Notes: generated by a model not told the origin, from the sequence alone. DNA of 64,000 nt from Nanobdellota archaeon (GCA_021852265.1 JAJZNV010000014.1:1566-65565); one strand, 5' to 3'. Positions 1-9,884 are shown, counted from the first letter of the stretch. Numbers and translations are program-made.

Positions 1-326
1 TTTAATAAACGGCGCTGGGCTGGAAAGGTAGTCTCATCTCTCGTTCTCGTCGATAATATCCCATGAATTAATATCTCAAATGGCCTGATTTTCTTCGCTT
101 TTATTTTATATATTTTATTCAAGATCTGCAGTGTCTCTGGCAGTTCTTTTATGTCCATATACTAAACGATACATCACTAGATACATAGTGTAAATGCCAT
201 TAAAAGCGTTTAAACCGGCAAGCCGTCTCATAGCAATTAAATAGCATATCGGTAATGACAGAAGACCTCTTACTATAAAATATATATAGTAAAAACCTTC
301 TTTAATTATTCTAATACAATAAACTT

Positions 327-659
327 ATGGAAAACACTAGCAGAGCAGGTGGTATAAAGTACCTCAGCGAAACGTATGATATTAACTTTGAAGAGATTAC
401 ACGTCAAATAAAAGAGAAAAAATATGATAAGGTCGCGATACAGTTTCCTGACGGTTTTAAACTGCACGCCCTTGAGATAAGCGATTTCATAAGTGAAAAA
501 TCTGGCGCGGAAGTGTTTATATGGGGAGGAAGCACTTACGGGGCATGTGATGTCCCAACAGGACTTGAAAAACTCGGTATAAAGATGATAATCCAATTCG
601 GCCATGCAAAATTTAGAGCTGATGAAACGAAAAAACCATCGGATATTAAAAATGAATAG
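327..659 (+). pseudogene. dph2: Dph2 (diphthamide synthesis 2-(3-amino-3-carboxypropyl)histidine synthase) N-terminal fragment. Only about 110 aa where full-length archaeal Dph2 is about 340 aa. Truncated remnant or domain-1-only ORF.
   Basis: The translation KVAIQFPDGFKL...EVFIWGGSTYGACDV...IIQFGH follows the conserved N-terminal domain pattern of archaeal Dph2 (V/L-IQxPEGL ... YGACD ... HLGH). The ORF stops at 659, and the downstream sequence is fully occupied by rnhB in another frame. Confidence 0.5.
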
Positions 660-1314
660 AATCGGAATAGATGAGGCAGGTAGAGGACCGATAATCGGGC
701 CTTTGATTGTAGCAGGTGTAAGTAGTGACCAAGAGACAGCTGCTAAGTTCAAAGTTGCAGGAGTAAAAGACTCAAAACTTCTCAGTATAAAACGCATATA
801 CCTACTTGAGAGACTAATAGTCAGCGAATGCTCGGGCTACAGTGTTGAAAAAATAAGCCCGGAAGCTATCGACTCCAGATTTGCAGACGGTACAAACCTT
901 AACTTTCTGGAACTTGATAGGATGGCAAAGATAGCCAATGCTCTTGTTGGAGATACGGTAATAATAGACTCCCCTAGCGCGAATACCAAAAAAATCAAAG
1001 CGTACATGGCAAAGCAGATACCTAATAAGAATCTTATAGTAGAAAATTATGCAGATAAGAACCATATTGAGGTTTCTGCAGCTTCTATAATTGCAAAGGC
1101 GCTTAGAGAGCGTGAAGTGGAAGCTATAAAAAAAGAATTAGATTACGATTTCGGGAGCGGTTATCCCTCTGATCCTCTAACTATTAAATTCATAAAGATT
1201 ATAAAGGAGAACGGTTTGATACGCGAGGAAAAATATAGCAAACACGTCCGAAAAACCTGGGCAACCTTAAAGAACTTAGATAACAAAAATCTAAATGAGT
1301 TTGTAGACCGCTAA
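652..1314 (+). CDS. rnhB: Ribonuclease HII
   Basis: The IGIDEAGRGPIIGPLVVAG motif is the RNase HII catalytic DEDD N-terminal signature. The likely start is the ATG at 652 (MNRIGIDEAGRG), although the ORF track extends upstream to 604. Confidence 0.9.
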   Translation: MNRIGIDEAGRGPIIGPLIVAGVSSDQETAAKFKVAGVKDSKLLSIKRIYLLERLIVSECSGYSVEKISPEAIDSRFADGTNLNFLELDRMAKIANALVGDTVIIDSPSANTKKIKAYMAKQIPNKNLIVENYADKNHIEVSAASIIAKALREREVEAIKKELDYDFGSGYPSDPLTIKFIKIIKENGLIREEKYSKHVRKTWATLKNLDNKNLNEFVDR

Positions 1315-1332
1315 ACTTTCTAATTGTAACAA

Positions 1333-1731
1333 TTAACGAAGCAATTTATCAATGATGTCTTTCGGAATTGGGACTGCCTTCCACTTATCCTTATCAATAG
1401 CTACCTGTACGATATACCCCTCACAAAGAAGTTCCCCGTCGCGGCGTATCGAGAAATTAAATCTTATCGCTTTCTTAGACAAGAGTTTTGGTAACAATCC
1501 AACATTTATGAAATCGCCGGCTCTTGCCGACTTATAATATTTCGCATTTGACTCAACTACAACAAACCATACATCCTTATTTATGAGCGGAAACATCCTT
1601 CCAGTACGTTCGTTGGCAAATTGCTCAAGCGCGTCGGTAAAAAATCGATAGTAACCTGCGTAATGAACTATTCCCTCTGCATCTGTATCATAAATACGAA
1701 CTGTTTCATTAAAAATGAATTCGTTTTCCAT
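1333..1731 (-). CDS. Hotdog-fold acyl-CoA thioesterase (4HBT/YbgC-like)
   Basis: 132 aa. The RIYDTDAEGIVHYAGYYRFF motif is typical of 4-hydroxybenzoyl-CoA thioesterase family proteins. Confidence 0.7.
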   Translation of the reverse strand: MENEFIFNETVRIYDTDAEGIVHYAGYYRFFTDALEQFANERTGRMFPLINKDVWFVVVESNAKYYKSARAGDFINVGLLPKLLSKKAIRFNFSIRRDGELLCEGYIVQVAIDKDKWKAVPIPKDIIDKLLR

Positions 1732-1812
1732 CTTATTAATACACCTCTCCCAAATTAATAGCTAATACGCTCATTACTAAAGAGTTAAATTAAATTGGTT
1801 CAAAGAGTATCT

Positions 1813-2994
1813 ATGAAGTTCATCCATATCGGCGATACACATATAGGGGCCGTCTATAAAAACGAGAACAGAAACGCTGATGTTAAGGACGCATTCAACC
1901 AGGTTGTGGACGCAGCAATAAAAGAGAAAATTGATTTTATCGTGCATTCCGGTGACTTATTCAATGAGGGAAATCCTTCATTAGAGGCGTTATTATTCGT
2001 AACGGATCAGTTAAACAAGTTGAGGCTTGCGGGTATAAAGTTGTTTATAGTGCCTGGTTCGCATGATGTCGGCATGGGAGAAGAGGATAGTGTAGTGGAG
2101 CTTTTTGACAGGAATGGTCTGCTAATAAATCTAAATTCAAAAAGGTATATCTCCAATGATGATGATTCTTTCAAACTGTCTGGAGAAACTTATAAGGGCG
2201 CATTTATATGCGGTGTGCAGGGGAAACGAAGCAATGTTGAAAATGACATCTTCAAGCGCCTTAGCATTTCAATTGATAATTCCGCATGGATAAAGATATT
2301 CATATTTCACCATACTATTTCGGCACTTGGTGAGCAGTTTAAGGACCTAGATACGGATAGTCTCCCGAAAGGATTTGATTATTACGCCGCAGGACACTGG
2401 CACGGGCATAAGGATGGCATAAAATACGAGAAGGGCATCATCCAGTATCCGGGTTCAACAGAATATTGTGATGAAAAGGAGATTGTGGATAACCCCAATA
2501 GGGGATATTACATAATAGAGTATGATAGTGACGGGATAACCAGCATCGCATATAACATACTAAAAACCCGTGAAAAAGATATCGTAGGGATATCCGCAGA
2601 CAACAAAACGGCAAAGGAACTTTATACTGAGATGCTGTCAAAATTAAAAACTAACTCGGGCAAAATACTAGTCATAAGGATTTCAGGGAAGCTTGTCGAA
2701 AATCGTGGCAGCATAAATCTCCCTGAAATAAAAAAAGCAGCACTCGAGAAGGGGTACTCTTACGTCAGTATAAACACCAGTAAATTGATGGATAGAAATG
2801 ATGAGGTCCTTGAAGTTACCGAAACGGATATCGGCAAGATTGAAACCGAATTCTTGACAAAGAAGGGATATAATAATATAGGATTAAAACTTGCAAAACT
2901 TCTTATATCTGAGACACAAAATAACGACTCTCCGGAGTCAATATTAAAAAAGGCAGAGGAGCTATTCGAAGAGTATGATACTAAAAGAGATTAA
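1813..2994 (+). CDS. mre11: DNA double-strand break repair nuclease Mre11
   Basis: Calcineurin-like phosphoesterase motifs are present: IHIGDTHIG, HSGDLF, GSHD, GHWH. An AT-rich TATA-like box (ttaaattaaatt) lies about 25 nt upstream of the ATG at 1813, and the ORF track start at 1795 is the alternative. The gene overlaps rad50 by 20 nt. Confidence 0.9.
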   Translation: MKFIHIGDTHIGAVYKNENRNADVKDAFNQVVDAAIKEKIDFIVHSGDLFNEGNPSLEALLFVTDQLNKLRLAGIKLFIVPGSHDVGMGEEDSVVELFDRNGLLINLNSKRYISNDDDSFKLSGETYKGAFICGVQGKRSNVENDIFKRLSISIDNSAWIKIFIFHHTISALGEQFKDLDTDSLPKGFDYYAAGHWHGHKDGIKYEKGIIQYPGSTEYCDEKEIVDNPNRGYYIIEYDSDGITSIAYNILKTREKDIVGISADNKTAKELYTEMLSKLKTNSGKILVIRISGKLVENRGSINLPEIKKAALEKGYSYVSINTSKLMDRNDEVLEVTETDIGKIETEFLTKKGYNNIGLKLAKLLISETQNNDSPESILKKAEELFEEYDTKRD

Positions 2995-5371
2995 TCTAAA
3001 AAATATAAGAAGTCACGAGAATACGCTCATAAGATTTTCTGAAGGAGTAAACGTAATAACTGGCAACACTGGAAGTGGCAAATCCTCAATACTTATGGGG
3101 ATACAATACGCTCTATTCGGCAAAATTGGGGAAGGCCAGGGGGAGGGCAAATTATTACTTCGACGAGGGAAAGCAAATGGCGCTATAACTATAAACTTTA
3201 CAGAAGAAGGATCTGAATACATAGTGACGAGGGGACTAAAAAGGGTTAAGGATGCGGTTAGAAATGATGATTCTGAGAATGAGATAATAAAAGACGGTAA
3301 AAAAATAGACTTACAGAACAGAGCAATGGATATAAACAGTTACATTCTTAAAATCTTAAAAATAAGCTCCCCTGCCCCAACAAAGACATTTGAAGCAATA
3401 ACCTACATCAAACAAGATGAACTTAAGGACTTGATCTTCGAAAATGGGCAGTCAAAGCAAGAATATATAGACCAGCTACTCCAACTGAATAAGTATGCCG
3501 ACACTTTTGATAAATTAAAGGAGGTCATCAACAAGATAGAAAGGGAATTAGAGAGCAGTCGCCTTGAAGAATCATTAAGCGGCGACGAGAATGAGATTAT
3601 CCAAATAGAAGCTGATGTCGGTAAACTTGAGCTAAACAATGCAGATGCTTTGAAAAATCTGCATACGTTAGAGTTGGATCTTAAGTCTAATGAAGACTCT
3701 TTAGAAAAAATTGATAGGGATATAAAGATTGCACGAGAAAAACAGAATAAATTCATAAAACTAAATGCTGAACACGACGCGAAATTGCTTCTTGTGGGAA
3801 AATATGCCGATCAAGCGTCTGTATTGAAAACGGACTTAGAAAACAGAGAGAAATCTATAATAAAAATTGACGAAAACACTGTAAATGAACTTAAATCGCT
3901 CAGGAATAAAAAGGACACTGAAATGCGAAAAGTGTTATCGGAAGAGAAAGATTTATACGAGAAATTCTGTACGAACGATATGACTGAAAAAAGCACTCAT
4001 AACATGGTATCTAAAATCAAAAAAGAAGTTGAAACGTTTTCAGCAGATATTAAAAAATTAGAAAGCGCCGTGCAAGAAACAAGACGGCTTATAGAACGAG
4101 TGCGAGAAGGTCCTAATGATGATGAGCTGAAGGGGAGACTAAACCAAATAGACTCTCTCATAAAAGAATTAGAAACGGAAAAATCGACTGCAGAGAAAAG
4201 TGGCATTTGTCAAATTTGTGGAAATAAAATTACAAATAAACAACATCTTAATACGGAGTACGACTTAAAAATAAGAAAGTGTACTTTAGAAAAAGATGAA
4301 CTCTTAAAAGAATCGAGAAAAACTTCTAGTGGGAAGACTAAAAAGGAACTAGAAACCGACTTTGAACGCCTTAATATAAAAATTTCTGAGCTTAGAGACA
4401 GAATATCTTTTAATGAATCTGAACTCGAAAAAATCGACTTGCTTAATATTGCACAAAAAACTTTGGACTCAAAAGAAAAGTATGATGCTACAGTAAAGTA
4501 TTCTAATAATTTAAGGACAGAGATAGATAGGGTAACAAAAGACATCGAATCAATAGACTCTGCAAGGGCAATAATAAATCAAGTCAGAATTAATCGCGAA
4601 AAGTTAGATTACCTCAATTCGGAAGAGAAGAAAGCCAAAGAAGAAGCAGGTATCATAGAAGCAAACATCCAAGAGCTTGGGTTTGATAAGAACCTGCTTA
4701 AAGAACGAGAGGAGGAAGTTGTAGAATTTACTCAGATTATAAAAAATATATCATCTGGTATAGCCGGCATACGGAGCGAAATAAAAGCTAGAGAACGCGA
4801 AGCTGCTGAAAAGAAGGTAAAACTAGAAGAAGTTAAAAAGAGACTCCAAAAGAAAAATGAGCTCCGCAAGAAGATAGAGAAGAGGAGCAGGTTTTTAACC
4901 ATTATGGAAAACCTTAGAAAAGATATACGAGAGATACGGGAGTATGTAAGAAATCGTTTCATATCAGAATTCAAATCTCTCTTCTGGGCCAGATTTTTAG
5001 AGATACGGGCAGATAGTGACTATACCATCGACATCGACAATAATTACAATATAAAAGTTATCGTTGGAAATGAGACCCTAGACGCCAAAACGCTATCTGG
5101 AGGAGAAAAAACGTCTGTTGCGCTTGCGTATCGCATGGCATTGTCTTCTATAGCATCATTGCTTGGAGGTGTTAACAAGAACGAATCCCTTATAATGGAT
5201 GAACCAACTTCTGGTTTAGATAAGGAGGATATAAACGCGCTTTCTACCTGTATAATCAAGATAAAGGATATCCGACAGATAATAATCGTAACGCACGAAG
5301 ACACTATGAAAAATATAGCAGATGCTGTAATAACTGTAACAAAGACGTCAGGAGAATCTAAAGTAAGATAA
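2975..5371 (+). CDS. rad50: DNA double-strand break repair ATPase Rad50
   Basis: Walker A GNTGSGKSSIL is present. There is a long K/E-rich coiled coil with a central CxxC zinc-hook (CQICGNK). The C-terminal ABC signature LSGGEKTSVALAYRMAL and Walker B IMDEPTSGLD are present. Confidence 0.92.
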   Translation: MILKEINLKNIRSHENTLIRFSEGVNVITGNTGSGKSSILMGIQYALFGKIGEGQGEGKLLLRRGKANGAITINFTEEGSEYIVTRGLKRVKDAVRNDDSENEIIKDGKKIDLQNRAMDINSYILKILKISSPAPTKTFEAITYIKQDELKDLIFENGQSKQEYIDQLLQLNKYADTFDKLKEVINKIERELESSRLEESLSGDENEIIQIEADVGKLELNNADALKNLHTLELDLKSNEDSLEKIDRDIKIAREKQNKFIKLNAEHDAKLLLVGKYADQASVLKTDLENREKSIIKIDENTVNELKSLRNKKDTEMRKVLSEEKDLYEKFCTNDMTEKSTHNMVSKIKKEVETFSADIKKLESAVQETRRLIERVREGPNDDELKGRLNQIDSLIKELETEKSTAEKSGICQICGNKITNKQHLNTEYDLKIRKCTLEKDELLKESRKTSSGKTKKELETDFERLNIKISELRDRISFNESELEKIDLLNIAQKTLDSKEKYDATVKYSNNLRTEIDRVTKDIESIDSARAIINQVRINREKLDYLNSEEKKAKEEAGIIEANIQELGFDKNLLKEREEEVVEFTQIIKNISSGIAGIRSEIKAREREAAEKKVKLEEVKKRLQKKNELRKKIEKRSRFLTIMENLRKDIREIREYVRNRFISEFKSLFWARFLEIRADSDYTIDIDNNYNIKVIVGNETLDAKTLSGGEKTSVALAYRMALSSIASLLGGVNKNESLIMDEPTSGLDKEDINALSTCIIKIKDIRQIIIVTHEDTMKNIADAVITVTKTSGESKVR

Positions 5372-5385
5372 GAAATGATTAATTT

Positions 5386-6222
5386 TTAATGCTTCTTTTC
5401 ACCTATTAACAGGATATGTTCGCTTACTCCAAGTATGGACGGTTCCTCAACTGTCTCCATATGCATCTTAAGCCATTGCTTCAAACGACGCTTGTTTTTG
5501 TACAGTTTCGTTATGTGTGAGCCAGCATAACTGCCAAATCCTTCCAGTCCGACCAGCGTAATCTTTCTGAAATCTTTTAAATAAAAAAGCTCCACTAGTT
5601 CACTTGGGAAGAAACCGTGAAATGCAGTAAATCCTTTTTCTCCAAAATAATCTCCTGTTTTTATCCATGTCTTTGTATAATTGTTACCCAACTCATTAGG
5701 AAACTCCGTTAAAAGACCTAATATAAGTGATGTCCTAGTCATTACTGATACAAATATTTTTGCGCCGGGCTTAGCAACTCGTAATATCTCATGTGCAGCT
5801 TTTCTTCTTGCAGTAGTGCTCATTATGTGGGACAGCGGACCACCTAGTGAAATTACTGCATCAAAAGAATTGCTTTTTAACATTGATAAGTCCTCCAATC
5901 TTCCATTTATAACTTTCTTTAAGTGCGATGCATCACCATAATTTTTTACTGCCTTACGCAGGAAAACAAGACTATTTTCGACAGGGTCGAGTGCAATAAT
6001 ATCATTACCACGTTTTGTAAGTTCTACAGTATAACGACCTGGCCCACTACCTCCATCCAATACTAATCCCTTTTTAGGGAGATATTTATTTAAAAAAAAC
6101 ATCGTCGTATAGAATTCTAAATACTTTTGTTTTGGACTTTTTATGAGACGTTTCCATTCCTTCAAAACCGTCTCTGAGTAATAGTCCCTTATCTTCGCGT
6201 GAAGTTTTTCTTTTTTTACCAT
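5386..6222 (-). CDS. Class I SAM-dependent methyltransferase
   Basis: Motif I VLDGGSGPGRYTVEL is present within a Rossmann-fold layout. The substrate is unknown. Confidence 0.7.
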   Translation of the reverse strand: MVKKEKLHAKIRDYYSETVLKEWKRLIKSPKQKYLEFYTTMFFLNKYLPKKGLVLDGGSGPGRYTVELTKRGNDIIALDPVENSLVFLRKAVKNYGDASHLKKVINGRLEDLSMLKSNSFDAVISLGGPLSHIMSTTARRKAAHEILRVAKPGAKIFVSVMTRTSLILGLLTEFPNELGNNYTKTWIKTGDYFGEKGFTAFHGFFPSELVELFYLKDFRKITLVGLEGFGSYAGSHITKLYKNKRRLKQWLKMHMETVEEPSILGVSEHILLIGEKKH

Positions 6223-6236
6223 ATTACGTAATTATA

Positions 6237-6319
6237 TGCAGGGAGAGGGATTCGAACCCTCGAAGGCCTGAGCCATCGGCTCTTGAGGCCGACACGTTTG
6301 ACCGCTTCGCTACCCCTGC
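6237..6319 (-). tRNA. tRNA-Leu (anticodon CAA), no intron
   Basis: Hand-folded. The acceptor pairs GCAGGGG with UCCCUGC, with discriminator A. The anticodon stem-loop is UCGGC-CUCAAGA-GCCGA. There is a long variable arm, and the T arm is GAGGG-UUCGAAU-CCCUC. Confidence 0.85.
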
Positions 6320-6357
6320 TTATTAAGAATATTTAATTACTAAGAATTTATAACGGT

Positions 6358-6615
6358 TTAATTAGAATCAGACTTTTTCTCAACATCCTTGTAAATCCTT
6401 GGCTGATTTGTGCTAATATCCTGGAATAGCTCACTTACGGATTCTTTTAGCTTGGTCATTTCCACTGTAAGGTCGCTTATATTTTTATTGCCTTTCTCTG
6501 AAAATTTCTTTAATTTTTCAAGATAATCTGATATGACGGGGACATTTTGTTTGAGTTCGTCATAATGCATCTTAAATATGTACGGTAAACCAACATAAAC
6601 AGCATCCTTTTCCAT
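6358..6615 (-). CDS. Hypothetical small protein (85 aa)
   Basis: An ORF with a plausible start and no recognizable motif. Confidence 0.35.
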   Translation of the reverse strand: MEKDAVYVGLPYIFKMHYDELKQNVPVISDYLEKLKKFSEKGNKNISDLTVEMTKLKESVSELFQDISTNQPRIYKDVEKKSDSN

Positions 6616-6667
6616 ATACCTTATATTATGTATATCGCTTATAAGTTTTACTAGTTTAGGATTGAAA

Positions 6668-7000
<333 letters not shown>

Positions 7001-7041
7001 TTAATTTATATACATTGCTTATGAAATTTAAAATAGGGTAT

Positions 7042-7311
7042 TCAATGCCCATCGTATCGCAACTTCAACGTTATTACAAAGCTGATGAGCAAAACTGAAA
7101 CCGCATTTGCTAATAAAACTGGTAAGGAATTGATATATATCCCGTATACTAACCAAAGAATCTGGCCGCACCCGATTATAAGGAACATTAAAAGGGACAC
7201 ATCCTCAGCGGACTTGTGACTCATTATTTTTACTATCTGCGGAATAAAACTCCCAGTGGTCAGAATCCCGGCAACTAGTCCTATCGCTGTTATCAAATCC
7301 ATACTACACAT
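7042..7311 (-). CDS. PQ-loop / SemiSWEET-like small membrane transporter (89 aa, 3 TM)
   Basis: There are three hydrophobic helices. The first helix carries a PQ motif (SFIPQIVKI). The size matches SemiSWEET. Confidence 0.55.
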   Translation of the reverse strand: MCSMDLITAIGLVAGILTTGSFIPQIVKIMSHKSAEDVSLLMFLIIGCGQILWLVYGIYINSLPVLLANAVSVLLISFVITLKLRYDGH

Positions 7312-7335
7312 TATCTGCAGGGGGTGGGATTTGAA

Positions 7336-7458
7336 CCCACGAGGGCGCTAAGCCACAGGATATCTTACTTCGCATCAAAGATACGAAATTGACAAGGACT
7401 TAAGTCCTGCACGTTGGGCCAAACTTCGCTACCCCTGCGTCAAGATTAGATTGAATGC
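7336..7458 (-). tRNA. tRNA-Leu (anticodon UAA) with an intron of about 37 nt at the canonical 37/38 position
   Basis: Hand-folded. The acceptor pairs GCAGGGG with CCCCUGC, with discriminator A. The 5' anticodon stem CAGGA is followed by loop CUUAAG. Its 3' partner UCCUG appears only after a 37-nt insertion. The variable arm is long, and the T arm is GUGGG-UUCAAAU-CCCAC. Confidence 0.8.
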
Positions 7459-7547
7459 AGTTTATTTATACGTTGCAGTGTAGTGGGTACAGGCTTCGAT
7501 TTCTGGAACGTCTGCCTTTCAAAGTATATAATTTTGCCAGTTATTGC

Positions 7548-7664
7548 TTAAGCGCTTCTCTCACGAAGCAGCCTTCTTTTTCTCTTTCTTTCAAGCATCT
7601 TCTTCTTCCTAGTCTTCCACCTGTCCTTGTGGTATTTTTTCCAGTTTTTTGAGCTTCTCTTCAT
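7548..7664 (-). CDS. Small, highly basic 38-aa ORF (MKRSSKNWKKYHKDRWKTRKKKMLERKRKRRLLRERSA). Possible small ribosomal or nucleic-acid-binding protein.
   Basis: This minus-strand ORF is absent from the 60-aa-minimum ORF track. There is an in-frame stop immediately upstream of the ATG. The K/R content is extreme. It lies between tRNA-Leu and dcd. Confidence 0.3.
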   Translation of the reverse strand: MKRSSKNWKKYHKDRWKTRKKKMLERKRKRRLLRERSA

Positions 7665-7691
7665 ATCTTTTATTCGTTGTTCTGTTAGAAT

Positions 7692-8213
7692 TTATACCTT
7701 TGCCCCAGTTACTCCGCTACTGCTGTAGTACTTGCCGCGATATGGGACAGTTACTTCACTATTGGTTTTGCCGAACACAAGGTGTAGGAATCTAGTTCCC
7801 GGTTCGACTTTTATTGGCACTGCGCCCCCTATAAGTAGTATAGTCAAATCGCCTTCAAAACCAGCATCTACTATTGTGGGGGGTATGGAAACTCCTAATC
7901 TGGCGAACGTCGATCTTATATTAGAGAACCCTACCAAATCATTTGGTAATCTTATTCTCTCTTTTATTTTTATGAGCATGCGTTCATTCGGATGTATAAC
8001 AAAGGGTCCAGTTACCTGCTCCTTTTTATATATCGTTTCAAGCGCTGCGCTGTTGCCTATTTCTATTTCTTTAGTAGACATGAGAAACCTGGAGATCTCA
8101 TTACCTATCCTTAAATCCACTCCATTTTCACGGATAGTATCCTCAGATAACGGTGATACTGCAAGTTTTCCACTTTCTAGATAGTCCTTTATGTCTTTAT
8201 TACTGAGTATCAT
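7692..8213 (-). CDS. dcd: dCTP deaminase (dUTPase-fold)
   Basis: The N-terminus MILSNKDIKDYLESGKLAVSP...VDLRIGNE matches the conserved Dcd start, and the size is about 173 aa. Confidence 0.85.
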   Translation of the reverse strand: MILSNKDIKDYLESGKLAVSPLSEDTIRENGVDLRIGNEISRFLMSTKEIEIGNSAALETIYKKEQVTGPFVIHPNERMLIKIKERIRLPNDLVGFSNIRSTFARLGVSIPPTIVDAGFEGDLTILLIGGAVPIKVEPGTRFLHLVFGKTNSEVTVPYRGKYYSSSGVTGAKV

Positions 8214-8286
8214 TAATAGTCTTATTACACGAATTATAAAAGGCTTTACTGGATAGAATTAAATAACTTGAGTGCCTAATATCTAG

Positions 8287-8946
8287 ATGGAGTACAAAGG
8301 CACCAGAATAGAGTGGCTTCACCATAACTGTTTCAGGGTAACTGGCAAGACTGAAGTTGTATACACTGATCCATATAAAATAAAAAACGATTACAACGAT
8401 GCCACTCTCGTCCTTATAACCCATGATCACTATGACCATCTGGAGATTGCAAGCATCGAAAAAGTTTCTAATGATAAAACAATAATTGTTGCGCCAAAGG
8501 ACTGTGAAAACCAGTTATCCAAATTAAAGAACCAAAAGGTTTTCGTGTCACCGCACGAAGTAAAGATAATCCGAGGCCTGACCATAAAAACGGTCCCCTC
8601 ATACAACCTAAATAAGTTTAGATCCGGTAAAGAGGTATTCCATCCCAAAAACAAAGGGAATGTCGGCTACGTTTTCATAATGGATTCTATACGATTTTAT
8701 ATTGCAGGTGATACCGATTTTATAGAAGAGATGCAGACCGTAAAGGTTGATGTAGCGTTTTTGCCGGTCAGCGGAATCTATGTCATGACTGCAATGGAAG
8801 CAGCTGGGGCAGCGAAGGCAATAAATGCTGATTTGACTATACCGTCGCATTACGGGTCAGGTATAGGGACGCTGGAAGATGCTAAAAAGTTTAAGGAGCT
8901 AATCAGTAAAATGCTGAGAGTTGAGATACTCGAATCCTCTGATTAG
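8287..8946 (+). CDS. MBL-fold metal-dependent hydrolase
   Basis: The ITHDHYDHL motif (HxHxDH) is present with downstream His/Asp ligands. Confidence 0.75.
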   Translation: MEYKGTRIEWLHHNCFRVTGKTEVVYTDPYKIKNDYNDATLVLITHDHYDHLEIASIEKVSNDKTIIVAPKDCENQLSKLKNQKVFVSPHEVKIIRGLTIKTVPSYNLNKFRSGKEVFHPKNKGNVGYVFIMDSIRFYIAGDTDFIEEMQTVKVDVAFLPVSGIYVMTAMEAAGAAKAINADLTIPSHYGSGIGTLEDAKKFKELISKMLRVEILESSD

Positions 8947-8973
8947 GACTCTGCAAAGATATTTATTTGTAAC

Positions 8974-9789
8974 ATGAATTTTAGGACTATGCTCACTCCT
9001 TTACTTTTAACGATACTAATAATCACGATAGTTGCTGCATCTGCAGTAGTGGCTGTGTATACCCTACACATCCTCATACAGAAGACCGGTGTTGTACAAT
9101 CACTGCAATCGTGTGGAGATCTTAACTTTACATACAGTACTGCAAATTCAAATTATACTGAATATTGCAGTTGGGCTGGTGGTGAGATAAATCTTTCCCT
9201 CTATATCGGTAACTTCCAGTCAGGTTATGTAACGCTTTATAACAAGAGCATATTCCTAAGCGGTGGCAATGGCTCTCTTGGCGTTGCCGGTCTGGGCTGT
9301 GGTAGTACAGTATTTAATAATGGTACGCTAGACGCCGGTATATATAGGGTGGAATTAAGCAATGGTGTGGCCAGCACGAGTCCTTCTTGCAGCCCTATAT
9401 ATAGTAGAGTGAATACAATTTCTGTTTCTCCACAGTCTAGCAACAATGGGACATTAGTAACGGTTACATATGAGAATAATAGTTTTTATGACAACTATAC
9501 CGGTACTTATACTTACCAAGATTATAATACAAATTATTTAACTGAGGTCCTTGATGCTGGCCAGATATTCAGTATACCGATTTATGCGACTAGCAGTTCA
9601 ACTAAGAAATGTTACTTAAACTTTAATACTTCGAATGGATTCCAACTCCAATATGCAAATGAAACCCTTCCACTATATCTTCCCCCTGCTTCTCCCAATA
9701 AACACCTTACACTGTTTATATCTGCTCCGACGGTCGATTATTCTGGACCACTTAACGTTAATTTCCTGTTCACCTGTTACCCGATTTAG
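8974..9789 (+). CDS. Membrane-anchored Asn/Ser/Thr/Tyr-rich surface protein (271 aa)
   Basis: An N-terminal TM helix (LLLTILIITIVAASAVVAVY) is followed by an N/S/T/Y-rich sequence with many N-x-S/T sequons. There is no enzymatic motif. Confidence 0.5.
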   Translation: MNFRTMLTPLLLTILIITIVAASAVVAVYTLHILIQKTGVVQSLQSCGDLNFTYSTANSNYTEYCSWAGGEINLSLYIGNFQSGYVTLYNKSIFLSGGNGSLGVAGLGCGSTVFNNGTLDAGIYRVELSNGVASTSPSCSPIYSRVNTISVSPQSSNNGTLVTVTYENNSFYDNYTGTYTYQDYNTNYLTEVLDAGQIFSIPIYATSSSTKKCYLNFNTSNGFQLQYANETLPLYLPPASPNKHLTLFISAPTVDYSGPLNVNFLFTCYPI

Positions 9790-9884
9790 TACTTTGCCAG
9801 TGCAAATATTGCAGGGTAGATGTAGCATGTTCCTAAATCCATAATTGTGGGAGCAACCTGTGATTAATTTGTTTCGCAGAGCCC

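Noticed and set aside
306-797. 163-aa minus-strand ORF overlapping the dph2 fragment and rnhB
   Set aside because: It is completely antisense to two ORFs with clear motifs. Its composition is hydrophobic and low-complexity.
327-1314. The Dph2 fragment continuing through a frameshift into a full-length gene
   Set aside because: The downstream sequence 652-1314 is fully and convincingly occupied by rnhB in a different frame, leaving no coding space for Dph2 domains 2-3.
3013-5304. Several minus-strand ORFs of 60-117 aa inside rad50 (3013-3222, 3403-3756, 3811-3996, 3997-4206, 4210-4545, 4732-4974, 5044-5304), all Ser/Phe/Leu-rich
   Set aside because: They are antisense shadows of the K/E/L-rich Rad50 coiled-coil codons (AAA/GAA read in reverse as TTT/TTC). 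They have no start context or motifs.
7455-7652. 65-aa plus-strand ORF between tRNA-Leu(UAA) and dcd
   Set aside because: It overlaps the tRNA and is S/L/F-rich. The opposite strand holds a cleaner, very basic 38-codon ORF with an upstream in-frame stop. The plus ORF is likely spurious.
8200-8850. Minus-strand ORFs 8200..8439, 8430..8654 and 8608..8850 overlapping the MBL hydrolase gene
   Set aside because: They are antisense to an ORF with a clear HxHxDH motif. They show no motifs of their own and have odd composition.
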